DNA from: Amoebidium appalachense
Taxonomy: Eukaryota; Protista; Ichthyosporea
Assembly: GCA_963693365.1 (NCBI GenBank)
Contig: CAVNZM010000004.1
Location: forward strand, 9,142,468-9,206,467
Length of the DNA stretch: 64,000 nucleotides
Direction of reading: 5' to 3'
Shown here: piece by piece, positions 1-12,335 of the stretch
Position numbering within the stretch: the first letter of the stretch is position 1
How the letters are laid out: each line of letters begins with the position of its first letter
Notes under the pieces: generated by a model
Seen by the model: only the letters and a program-made list of their open reading frames with translations
Databases searched by the model: none
What the model was told of the DNA's origin: nothing
Program-made: the position numbers and the translations under genes

Positions 1-380
1 TTCCACCTGCAATGCAGCTGTTCTGTTGGGCCTGGAACAGTCTGTATGCCCCCCCCCCCCCCCCCCCCCTCCACCAAAGAAAATTGCATTGCTTTTGCGA
101 TCACTCTAGCAGTAGTATTTTGAGAAAAGCCACGGTACACAAGGGTTGCTATTGCAGTTTGATGCAGTCCTGTTGTTTGCGACGCAACGTATCATCCGAT
201 TACTGCAGAGCCCCCCCCCCCCCCCCCCCCCCCCCCCTCCTTCTAGGGTAGATGGACCCTGTTAATGATGGATACCCTGTGCGTGTTCTTTGCGAAATCT
301 GCCTTATGGTGTTCGTCGTGAATGTGCACTTTACACCCTGTGGCACGTTCTATTCCCCCCCCCCCCCCCCCCCCTCTTGT

Positions 381-974
381 GCCCTCCCTGAAGATGGGCT
401 CTGCTTATGACGCATACTTTGCGCATGGCTGATGTTGCATACTTCAATGTTTGCCTTTGCATGTGTCCTGCACGATGCTTCTCATCGTGTATGCGTACTT
501 CGTATCGTGTTTTGCATTTAAACCCCCCCAGTCTTCTTTCAGAGGTGTCCTTTCAGGACAGACCACTGTGTGGAGACATCTTTACTTCCATGCAACCGGG
601 CATGGTTGCTCTGTGTCGTGCATCTGTAAGCACATACGCATTTTTCGCTGCACTGCATTATTTTGCACACACACCTTCACCGTTTTGCTCACCTTGCTTG
701 CATAAGCAACCCTGCTCGTCTTTGATCAAGACGGGTTGACCCACCCAAGTTCAGTTGATGCTGCTGTCTGAATTGGAGCGTCGTATATACGCGGGCTAAG
801 GGGTCGAAACTCAGACGCAATTGATGACTTGGGCCCTCCCTGAGGATGGGCTCTGCTTATGACGCATACTGTGCGCATGGCTGATGTTGCATACTTGAAT
901 GTTTTCCTTTGCATGTGTCCTGCACCATGCTTCTCATCGTGTATGCGTACTTCGTACCGTGTTCCGCATTCAAA
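381..974 (+). mobile_element. Non-autonomous ~452-bp repeat element, copy 1 (5'-truncated unit + full unit), putative Penelope-like/retrozyme element
   Basis: 381-523 repeats at 835-974 (period 452). Ends CATTCAAA + poly-C. Near-identical to 12336-13019 and 47755-48350. No credible ORF. Confidence 0.85.
701..861 (+). ncRNA. Putative permuted hammerhead ribozyme, copy 1 (G>A at 772 in stem III, possibly impaired)
   Basis: Has GTCGAAACTCAGAC, CTCC-CTGAGGA-TGGG and closing helix CATAAGCA/TGCTTATG. Reads GTCTGAATT where other copies have GTCTGAGTT. Confidence 0.6.
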
Positions 975-1370
975 CCCCCCCCCCCCCCCCCCCTCTCCTC
1001 CCCCCCCCCTCCCGCCCCCGCCCTGGCCGCCCACCCGCCCGCCCGCCCGCCTGCGTGCACCTCTTCATAACCTGGGAAGCAAAAGCAAAGGATAAGAATA
1101 AAAGCAACATGGGAAAGAAAGAAAGCCCAGAAGTGTGGGTGCCATTGGTAATGGAGGAGTGAGGGAAAAGAAAGAAGGTAAGCCAAATAACAGAAAGAGG
1201 GAGGGGGAGAAGGAGAACAAAGTGCACAAAAAAGCCCAGCTAGTGCTGTTGATGTTTACCTTTGTACGACAGCTAAAGATGGAGGAAACTTGAAGATAGT
1301 ACTTTTTTTTGTTTATATGTCCTGTTCGGGCTGACACTTGTTGGGGACTAACAAAAAATAACCTATCCAG

Positions 1371-1890
1371 GAATGGGCCTATATCTACGATCTACACCTT
1401 ATCGAATGCTTCAGCCGCGCGATCCGATATGTCGACATTGTATCTGAGGTTATGTCCGGTGTGCAACGAGTACTTCGTGCAGTGGGTGCCACACACCTTC
1501 ATGTGGTGGTGGATGGAAGTCCGGCATCTTACGGCGCGGCCCTTGGTGCTTCTATAACAGGTGTATCAGTCGATGGAATAGGGATAGGAGTTGAGTGCAT
1601 GTCGGCACTATGTTCTTTAAGTTGGCTGGCGAAACAGGACGGTGGGATGTCTGCCGGTGGTCGAGCTATCGCAGTGCCAATTAGCAACGCGCAAACTGAA
1701 GACAGGTGTGATGTTTGTATAGAGAGATGTCTCATTAATCCTTCCCCCTTTTCCTTCAAGTTTCCTCTATTCCAACCCTGCAAGCTTGGTCGTTTTCATC
1801 CCGACACCACATCTTTTTCTGCTTGGTTTCCCTTTTGGCTAACGTCTCTGCTTCGTGCTCTTGTATGCGCGCCCGTGTGTGTATGTGTGT

Positions 1891-1934
<44 letters not shown>

Positions 1935-2027
1935 AAAAAAAAAAAAGGTGGGGGGGTGTGGGGGGGGGGGGGGGGGGGTGCCCTGGCTCCTTTCTTCCGT
2001 GAATGTGTGTGAGTGAGTGTGTGTGTG

Positions 2028-2076
<49 letters not shown>

Positions 2077-2856
2077 GGGGGGGAGGAGGAGGGGGGGAGG
2101 GGGGGGGGGAGTACTCCTGTGGTCGACAGCTTCCTTTCCTCTAGGTTTTTTCATTCCGTAGAAGCAGGAGCATTCTTTCCGTAGAAGCAAGAGTGAAGGG
2201 TGGAGAGAGAGAGGGGGGGGGGGGGGGGGGGGGGGGTATTTTGATGTTGTAAATGTTGATATTTCTGAATTTCTGAAACATGTCGAATCTAAAGTTCAAA
2301 CCCTATGTCCTGCTGCTGGATTCACGGCCCTTTCTGTTCAAGCCACATTCTAACACCAGTCTTTTACATGTTTGCACTGTCAATCGTGGCTCCATCGTGA
2401 AAAATCTCATACAAGCAAACGAGGCGAGACACCAATACCGTTTGGTTGCAGCGGCTCGTTTCTAATTCTGATTTCTGCAGGGTTCTATGCACCAAGCTAT
2501 ACAACAACTTTTTGGATTCGGTGCCCGCCAAGACAAAGTTTGTTGAAGGGTCGTGGGCCCTGCAGGCGCCTTCTATCCAGCGCCCATACATATCCCCTGA
2601 ACGAAGTGTCACTGTCATTATGACTGTGTTTAGACGCCCTGGAGAGTTCAAGCGTGTTCTGGCTTTGCATCTGAATCAGGTGCGTTTTTTTCTGCTTTTT
2701 GTGGGTGTGGGTGGTGCGTTGGGGTGTACAGGTGGGTGGAAGGTGAAAGGGGTATTGGGTGAATTTGTTGTCTCTGTACGGAACTGCCTGGCTAAAGGAG
2801 AGAGGGGGGGGGAGGGGAGGGGGGTTAGGGGAGGGGAGGGAGAGGGGGGGGGGGGG

Positions 2857-2893
<37 letters not shown>

Positions 2894-3219
2894 GGGAGGG
2901 AGAGAGAGGGGGGGGGGGGGGGGGGGGGAGGGGGAGGACAAAATATACGAGCTGTTGTAATTCTCGAGCGATGTTTTAGGTTGTGTGTGTATTCTCTGAG
3001 GATGATGTTTGAGTAGAAGTGCATACATGCAAATGTTTATATACATACATAGAAGTGATCCATTCACCTGTTCTGTGCGAGTGCATAGGATTGGCCATGA
3101 TGGTGGGTTCTTCTTGCCTGCACAGCTCTTGTTTTTCTTTAGGTAATTTTAAAGTTTTCCCGTGTCCTACTTTTTTTTTTTACTTGCCTTCTCCCTCTCC
3201 CTCTCTCCCCCCCCTTCCC

Positions 3220-3257
<38 letters not shown>

Positions 3258-3353
3258 TCTCCCTCCCTCCCTCCCTCCCCCTTCCCGCCCCTTTCCCATC
3301 TCTCTTCCTCTCTTCCTTCCTTCCCTCCCTCCCTCCCTCCTTCCCGCCCTCCC

Positions 3354-3408
<55 letters not shown>

Positions 3409-3517
3409 CTCCCTCCCTCCCTCCCCGCCCCCCCTCCCTCCCTCCCTCCCTCCCTCCCTCCCTCCCTCCCCCTTCCCCCCTTTGTTCCTTTTACCTCTTC
3501 GTATGCCTCCAATTATC

Positions 3518-3549
<32 letters not shown>

Positions 3550-5547
3550 TTCCCCCCCTCCCCCCTCTCCCCCCCCCCCAAATCCGTTTTTCTCTAACGT
3601 TGTTCATTCCTTGTCTTGTGATCCAATAATGTATCTGGCTCGTGCATTTGAACAACAGCACTGCTCTCTTTTCCGTTTTATCAGCGCACACACCCTCCTG
3701 TACCGATCCATTGACATTGACACAATGCTAATACACTTGTTTCCTTTACAGACGGCATATGTCAAGGAGGTGTGGGTCAATGCGCTTGGGGGGCCCTATG
3801 TGGACCAGTTCAAGCAGCTGGCTGCTGAGGCTGCTAGGCTGGACCCGAGGGTGAAATATTTCGGCAGCAAGCAAAACCTCGGGTATTTTGGGCGCCTGCA
3901 GCTGGGATTGTTGGCTACCACCGACTATGTGGTGTTTATGGATGACGACATCACCCCAGGACCAAGGTGGGTAGGATGTTGGTGTTTTTACTGAATTGGA
4001 AATACTGTTTGCATCGACAATGTATTGACCATGTACCAGTGAACCAGTGCATTGTTTAACCCATATCTATTCCCGCTCACTGTCCTAGATGTGCCCTCTG
4101 GTATTATCTAGGGCAGCTGGGATACACATAACGGGTATTAGCACTTGTCGGTAATAGCTGTGTGTTGGGTTGTGTTTTTGAGTTGGCCCCATCATCTCTA
4201 CTTTTCAAATGTTTTGTAGTGGCGTTTCCCGTCTGCCACATGAGGGTAGTTACCTTACACGGATATACAAGCAACCAAACGTATGCCGGATCTATGGCGC
4301 GCAGTAGATTGAGACAGTTATGGAGATAGACAGCTTTAATTGGTTGGATGGCTTCTTAGGAACAGAAGGGCCTGCCACACCTAATGATATATTCTCGCCA
4401 AGTTTTCTTTTGACACATGCAAAGGTGGTTGCTCACCATTACCTATTTTTAACCCCAGATATTATTGGTACGGTTGCTCGCAAGTAGCTGGATTTAACCC
4501 AGATATGATAGGCACAGTTGTTGAATCATTTTATTATTAGCTATATTAAACCCCAGATATTATTAAGGTGGTTGCTCACCATGTGCTTTGTTTACCCGCA
4601 GATACTATGAGCTTCTGGTCCATTCCATGGGCACTGAGAGATACCAGGGGGTGCTTGGCTGCCGTGGGGCCCAATACAGCGGGTGTGATGCCAAGGAGGG
4701 AACCGTGTGCAACCAGCGCTACAAATCACACCAGTAGGTTTTCCCGTTTTGAAATCATCGTATTGTGAATGTGATAAGATTTCGTGTTAACAATTCATAA
4801 TGCGATTGTGATACTTTCTTCGTGATGTGATTCCGGATGGAAAGTGCTGACTCCGTATATGAATGTGTTATGTTTTTTCGTGTTGCTGATTCACTTATTT
4901 GTGATAGTTTTTGGCGTTGCTAATCATGTATGTGAATGCGATAAGTTTTTCCTATCAATAAAACTGTGTGAATGTGATGCTTATTCTGTATGTGAATGTG
5001 ATATGTCCATGCAACTTTACCGCTTGGTTATGTTATGTTTGATGTGCTTTTGGCAGTGGATAGAAGGACATTAGGAGACATTTGAAAAATGTGGCTGTCG
5101 GGTGCTTGCTCCCGAGACGCTAAAATAGTTATAAAGGTTGTTTTTATAACATGCTCTCAACGTGCTACTTGTAGGCCAATAAATGGTTAAATCATTTTTT
5201 TGTTATTGTTTTTAAAACTCATGTCTGTAACGTACCACTCGCAGGCCAGGTATCGAGGTTGATGTGCTGTTTAGCACCCAGTTCATCGAGACAGCTGCGG
5301 CCCCGTTGCTATTCCGCGAAGAGCCTGTGACGTTTCTGACTGCTGAAGACATGCACATATCTTATTCCATGCGCAAGTATGCAAGCATGCGGTCGGTAAA
5401 GTTCTACTCGAGCACGGACGATAGTTTGAGGGGCTGGAACGACCCGGAGATCATGGTATGGTGTCACTATGGACACCAGACGCACACGAACACACGTGCA
5501 TAAGCTCGTACGTGCACACTCATGCACATACACAAACACACGCACAG

Positions 5548-5584
<37 letters not shown>

Positions 5585-5668
5585 TTCGCATACCAATAAC
5601 ACACACATGCATGCATGCACACCCGATTACACTCAAGCGCACACTGAAGGGCACATGCATGCAGAAAG

Positions 5669-5699
<31 letters not shown>

Positions 5700-5794
5700 T
5701 CGTTTTTATGCACGCAAAAGCGCCCCCTCACTACAACAGGGATGCTCTCCTCCCTCTGTGCAGCATTAGCACACAGAAATTGCTGGATAGGACC

Positions 5795-5837
<43 letters not shown>

Positions 5838-7300
5838 AGTCCCCACCACCACCACAGGATGGACTATACATATGATGCATGCTCGTTGTGCGTGCCTTGC
5901 AGTATCTGAATTGTGCTGTCCCACGTGAATGTGTACTTCGTATGGTGCGCGGCGCGATCCCACAAACACAAATGCCCGCGCAACCAAAAATCGGTCGGTA
6001 AAAGGAAATGCGCTCAGGTAAGTGTGGTTTCACACAGTAATGGAACCCCAAAACGCGGTTTTGCAAGTTTCCCGGCATTCAGACACCTGAATTTGTTTAT
6101 GGATTCTTATTTTTCCAAAATGACGTCAAAGTGACGTCATCATGCCTATATTTAGATACAGATGACTTCAGATTACTATTTTTAGCACAACAGTTTTGTC
6201 ACGCACAGACCGGTCACCTATAGCTATACTGTGACCGCCAACGGCCCACAGCGCGTAGCGCGTGTTCAGTTCTGGGCTGAGAGTGAATAGTTCAACCTAA
6301 ATAGATACTTTGCTTAGACAATTCGCTATCTTTTCAGTGATTTCACTATGAGGCCCCCTGTTGCCGAGGACCCAAAGGGGCCTCGCCGCAACACAGCCAA
6401 CGTTGCCCAGATTACGTGTACACGTTCAGAGACTGCATCCTAGCGCCAGCCTGCAAGTCAAACTTTGCGCTTGGGGTGGCAGCAAGTGCTATTGGCATCA
6501 ATGCCCCGTCGTTTTTTAGTCTGTAAAGAAAAATCAGACACAAATAAAAACCAGTGTGGGGAATGTTTGTGTGGGCAACAGGAAAAAAAAAAGAAATACG
6601 AAAACGTGCACACACGAAACGGCCCCGCGCCGGCGCGTACTGCGCCGTACATGTGCGCATTGTGCATGGCTGGCGTCACCGTGAAGCGCATAACCCATAT
6701 TTTAAATTTTAAAGCGACTAGTTTCACTTTAAAATTTTAAAATAGACTTTCTAACTTTAAAGATCACATAGAAGCCTAGCCGATATGTCTTTATCCAGGT
6801 CTTATTTTTCGGGACCAATAGTAAACTTTGAACCCCTATACCTTTTTTCAAAATGCTCACCTCGACTTCGGACTAGGCAAACTTTGGAGAACACATGTCG
6901 GGCTGTCGAATTTGCCTAAAATCAAGTCAATTCCCCTAATTCCAAGGGGACTCAATAATCTGGCGGCCGCCGGGCATTTGTGTTAGTGGGATGGCGACCT
7001 GCGTCATACTATGTAACACATTCAACCCCCCCCCCCCCCCCCCCCCCCCCTGCCCTGCCCTGCCCTGCCCCCGAAGGGGTTAGTGTACTGACACTGAGCA
7101 CCCCTCCTTACGATGTGGAGGTCTGGTTACTTTTTTCTGAGTCTCCGTTTCAGAATCGGTTGTGGGCAAAAAAAAAAAAAAAAAAAGGATTTGGCATGAA
7201 TGAGTCAGTCAAAACATGTACCACACCTGCATTGAATTTTTAGAAATGGAAATACTAAGATAGTTTTGCTAAAGCACTTCATTTTCTGACAGCCACATAG

Positions 7301-7343
<43 letters not shown>

Positions 7344-7750
7344 CGGCGGCACATTCATCTTCATTCTTCGACTGGCATTACTAATTATCTGGTTTTTTTG
7401 TTGTTTTTTTTGTGCAGGAAAAAGACCGCAGTTGGCTAGACAGCAACGAGAATGTGTGGGTGGACCCCAAGTCTGCCATCGAGGACGACCCCAAGAAGAG
7501 AAACCACAACGTGCTGAGAGACCATGTCTGGATGGAGCTCTACACTAGAGGTCTTGGCCCTATCTCTCTCTCCCTCCATTCTCCCCCCCCCCTCCCTCCC
7601 CCCCCCCCTCCTCCCCCCCTTACACACACACACACACACACATATGCACATACGCGCGCGCGCACGCACGCACGCACACACACACACAGACACACACACA
7701 GAGACACAGAGACATATGCACATTCACACACATACGCACGCACGCACACG

Positions 7751-7781
<31 letters not shown>

Positions 7782-8487
7782 GTGCGCGCGCGCACACAGG
7801 TGTACACTTGAGAGCTTGTCTCCCCCCCCCCCCCCCAAAAAAAAAAAAAAAAAAAAAAAAAACGAAAAACAAGGCATGCAGGGGAGCCTGTCCGTCTGCC
7901 CGATGGCTCACGAAGCAGCCCGAATTTGGCTTTGCCCTTGGCGAATGTATTACCTGGTTAGAACAGCACTTTTGTATGTGCACGTTCAAGCGTTGGCTTT
8001 TAGCAATTGAAAAGCTTTTAGCAATTGAAAAGCAAGGCAATCAGGAGTGCCTATCCTTGGTTGGGTGCTTAACGATGTGTGTGGATGTGTGTGCGTGCAT
8101 GCATGTGTGCACGCATGTGTATGTGCGTGTGCGTGTGCGTGTGCGTGTGCGTGTACCTGCGCCCAGGCGTGTGCATGTGCATGTGCGTGCGCGCAGGCAT
8201 GTGCGTGTGCGTGTGCGCCTGCGTGTGTGAGGGTGCGCGAAGGGAGGTGAACGTGAGCAATATCCTTGCAGGTCATCGCATCACACAGGCGCAGGCATGG
8301 AGCACCAACTGTGCCAACCTGTACTTTGTGGACACAATGGAACATGCACGCCTGCTGGCTGCCGAGATCAACACGCCAACGTGGAAGGGCATGTGCCATG
8401 CTGTTGCCATCAGTGGACTTGCGCCAAACAGGTGTGTCGAGGTGGACGTGGCGGGGGGGTAAGGGGGGGTATGGGTGAGGGTGGTGG

Positions 8488-8521
<34 letters not shown>

Positions 8522-9992
8522 GGATCTGGCATTGTTATTCGTTTGTGTTTGCCTTTTTATCACTTGCATGCTTTTTGTAGGTTCACTTAGGGGAATGGGA
8601 GGGAGCCATGTGGTGTTGGTAGGGTCCACTTTTCCATTTTTTTCTTTTTGTTTTCTTTGTCTTTTTTTTTTCCTGTTGGTGATGGGTGTGGGGTGGGTGG
8701 TGTGTGTGTGTGTGTGGTGTTGGGGTGTTGGGGTGTGGTGGTGGTTATTGCATTTGTTGTAGTGATATATAGATATGTGTGCAAACAGTATTTCGAAAAA
8801 GGTTGTTATCACTGTGATTAGACAGGCGAGAGGTGCGTATGGTGCAAGCTAAGAGTGTAGGTGAAGAACTAGCGACATCGAACAAGAACAGATGTACACA
8901 CGTACACATGAAAACAAAGGGGAAACAAAACAAAACAAACCAAGACAAAACAAAACAAAGCAAAACACGTAACGAAACAACCCTGGTGCTCCGTGGCTGC
9001 ATCAGTCCGGCGCCAGGTGAAAAATGAAAGGTGGTTATTACATTTGTTTTAGTGATATAGTATGGTTTTACGGTGTTGTAAGGTATGTGTTGTGTGTTGT
9101 GTGGTGCCGTTGTTGGTGTACATAGAGTGTTTCGTATAACCAGCTATGCTATAAGGTGCTCAGCCTAACAGTAGTTACATAAAAAGGAGGTGAGACCTGG
9201 GGAGGCCATTCACCACACCTCCCTAGCTACTGAAGGTTTAGAGTGCAATTGACACACCCTAATGGACTAGCACTAAGTCCCTGCCCCAGGCGTACCTATA
9301 GCTATGCGTGCTGGTAGTGCCTGATGTATGGCTTGTGCTCACCCCTGAGAAGCACAAACGAAATAGGATGTGTACACCGTGGACTGTGTGTGTGTGTGTG
9401 TGCGTCGCCAAACTGTGCGGGTGTCTAATGTACATTTGTTTTTTGTTTGTTTTTTTTTTTGTGGGGGGGGGGGGGGGGGGGGGGAACCTCGTGGTCGAGC
9501 TAATGGGTGTGCTGTGCTCAAACAGTCGTGAGGTTATCTTCCCAGCGCTGGGGATCGATGACTTACAGCGCAGGAGGGAGCAATGGGCAAATGTGTTTGA
9601 CCTCTCTGTGGGTGTGCACTATCCAAGACAGCCCCATCCGGTCGACATAGTGGCGGAAACTATGCTGAGCATCCAGCCTGTCCTAGAAGCAATGCTTCCT
9701 GCAAAGGTATGTGACGTCATCCGCTCTATCCTGTAATGGGTTAATGAAATGGGATTTGCCAGGTTGAAGTGAGTGAGATTGTAGGTGGATTGGCAAGAAC
9801 ATTACGGGGTTTTTTGGGTAATTGTGTTGATGGAAATTGGTGATGAAGCTGGTGTGCTTATGGGAATAGGTTTGTCTGTGAGAAGGTGAGACCATGGGCC
9901 TGTTGCCGACACACACATGGCTGTTGTGGGGATTTTCGGGTGTAAGGGTGGTCAGGCAATGAGGGCGAAGGGGTGGGGGTGGTTTTTTTTTT

Positions 9993-10050
<58 letters not shown>

Positions 10051-11394
10051 CTACGATGCTTTTGAGAGTGTGGATATCCGCCTGTTTTTTCCTCTGTGAT
10101 GCTGCTCTGGGGTGCACATGCGCGCAAGTCGCTCGCAGAATATTCTCACAGCATTGTTTGATCAGTGTAATCGTCTGCCAAGCCACATAGACCTTGCCCC
10201 CCCCCCCCCCCCCCCACACACACACACAAACACACGCGCGCACACACACACAAACACATACACACGTGCGCGCGCACACACACACACACAAGCACATATA
10301 CGCACACAACTTCGCCAGCCAGCCTGGGGTTTTCTGACCTTTCTCTCACTTCACCCTCCCCTTCTTCCCTAACTTGCACCCTCGTCCACATCCACACACA
10401 CCCTCTTTCGATCATTTGTCCATCTCCCTTGCCCTCACTCGACACCCAACTACAAACATGCATATGCACACTTACATGCCCACACACATTACACAAACAC
10501 GCCCATCGGCACTTGTGCACGTTCTCCTAAAATGCTTCGTCTATGAACTTCAAAACAACCCCCCCCTCCTCTCCCCTCCCCCCCTGTATGCTCTTTCTGT
10601 AACACATTCTTCCCGACATTTTGTGTCTTGTCTTTGATGTCTCCTCCATATATCCAACCCTAGTGCATACATCCCCCCCTCCCCCCCCTCCTCCCCCTTG
10701 TCCATCGTGACCCATGTTACTTTGTACTCTGTAACGCATCCTAATCCCCCCCCCCCACCCCTCCCTCCTCCCCCCCCCTCCCCCCCCCCCCCCCTCGCCC
10801 CCCTCCTCCCCCTTGTCCATCGTGACCCATGTTACTTTGTACTCTGTAACACATCCTAATCCCCCCGCCCCTCCCCTTCCCTCCCCTCCCCTCCCCCCCC
10901 CCCCCCCTCCCTCCCTCCCCCCTACCCCGTCCCCCCGTCCCCCCCCCCCTCCTCCCCCCCCCCCACCCTCTCTCTCTCTCCCCCAGGTCACGGTTGTCAT
11001 GGATGGCAGTGCATCGGCTTTAGGTGCAGCCATTTCCGCTGCCCTGTTGGGCATCCCGGTGGTGGTTGTGGAAGTGCCGGGGCACAACTATGCAAACGAT
11101 GTGATGTCAAGTCTTATAAAGACGGTCAGTCATGTGTCTGTGTTTGGAACTCGACAAGTTTTGGAGTATTAGAGGTGATGAAGTGTAGATTAGAATAGAA
11201 GAAGGTCTAATAAAAGGTAGATTTGAAAAATATGTGAAGTTGAAGGGGCTTTGGATGGGTGGGTGAGTGGGTGGTTTTGGTCTTCTTTAAATGTATAATA
11301 TTTTGTCTTTTATTTTAGTTTATTCCTTGTATTTTATTTTTATTTATCTATTTTTTTTTTATTTGTTTATTTTTTTTTATTTTTTTTTATTTTT

Positions 11395-11425
<31 letters not shown>

Positions 11426-11816
11426 GGGGGGGATGGATCTAGCCGCATCATTGTATTTTTGTGAGGGGAATGAAATTCAGTCGATGTGTTTAGGTTGCTT
11501 GATGATTTTCATGGTATTGCTACATTTTTCTCCGATTTATATATGCATGTATGACAAAGAGGCCCGTGACGCGATGTAAAGCCTAAGGTATGTAAAGGTG
11601 TTATATATCCTGCATCAAGGCTTGTGGTATGCTCTCATCAGGGTTAATTAGATGTACTAGGGATGTGAGTGTCGTCCTACTCGAGGGTTATTTTTTATTA
11701 TTTATTTATATATTTTGAATCCGGAAATAGGACCTGATGATAGACTATGTGCACAATATGGTTGTTGTGCGCCTCAGGTTGTCAGTGCGCATGCGCATGT
11801 GACGTACACGTATTAG
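1371..11816 (+). CDS. GT-A fold (GT2-like) glycosyltransferase with a repeated C-terminal-type module; 5'-partial, spliced
   Basis: Phase-compatible GT-AG exons 1371-1705, 2481-2679, 3752-3966, 4602-4733, 5245-5455, 7418-7550, 8272-8431, 9526-9706, 10987-11124, 11778-11816 (last exon tentative). Motifs [34 protein letters not shown] (DxD) and [12 protein letters not shown] resemble, from memory, the plant/protist 'glycosyltransferase family 2' proteins. Confidence 0.85.
4423..4582. repeat. Short degenerate intronic tandem repeat (AACCCCAGATAT / GGTGGTTGCTCACCAT)
   Basis: AACCCCAGATAT-like motif occurs three times and AAGGTGGTTGCTCACCAT twice. Confidence 0.6.
5959..6990. mobile_element. Non-autonomous DNA transposon with TIRs (CMC/EnSpm-like, CCC..GGG ends)
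   Basis: CCCACAAACACAAATGCCCG (5959-5978) is the inverted repeat of CGGGCATTTGTGTTAGTGGG (6971-6990), 19/20 match. AT flanks both ends (2-bp TSD). No transposase ORF. Lies in an intron of the glycosyltransferase gene. Confidence 0.75.
9140..9314 (+). ncRNA. Unclassified structured, possibly pseudoknotted intronic element
   Basis: Complementary pairs CCAGC/GCTGG, GCTATA-AGGT/ACC-TATAGC, CAGTAGTTA/TAGCTACTG, GGAGGTG/CACCTCC, AGTGC/GCACT, and a crossing CCTGGGG/CCCCAGG. Confidence 0.4.
10690..10866. repeat. Local ~55-bp direct duplication between poly-C tracts
   Basis: CCCCTTGTCCATCGTGACCCATGTTACTTTGTACTCTGTAAC...CATCCTAATCCCC occurs twice. Confidence 0.8.
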
Positions 11817-12083
11817 TAGGTACATACACGATAACTTAGCTTTGTCCCACACACATGTACACACACAATCACACTGCTTGATCAGTGTGGCACTTAATAT
11901 TCAGTCTGCAAGTAGAGTGCTGCATTTGAATGTAAACCCCTCTCTCCCCCTGGGCCCCCCGAAATCTATATCTCTCTGAGAGCCTCCCTCTCCCTCTCTC
12001 TTTCCCTCACTCACCTTGTCCCTCTAACTCTCCCGCTCTAGATCTAGACCGTCTCGGGCACTCTCTCCCGCTCTCCCTTTCTC

Positions 12084-12122
<39 letters not shown>

Positions 12123-12335
12123 CACACACACATACACCTCACTACATCCTCCTTCTTACGTTAAGCTCGTTCCTTCCCATCCTGCACTGTGATGACTCTC
12201 TCTCTCTCCGTAAACCCATACACGGCAAAAGTTACAGCTTCTCTTCTAGCCTCCTTGGCCTCCTATCACAAACAAGCAGCATAACACTACTACAACACAA
12301 ACGCATGCACCCACTGTTCATGTCCCCCCCCCCCC

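Noticed and set aside
72-345. Additional upstream exons of the glycosyltransferase gene
   Set aside because: Complex sequence that may be coding, but frame and splice sites could not be fixed with confidence.
407-1186. Recurrent short ORFs (MTHTVRMAD...) in the 452-bp repeat as an element-encoded protein
   Set aside because: Frames differ between copies, run into poly-C, show no domain, and are not conserved in the divergent copy.
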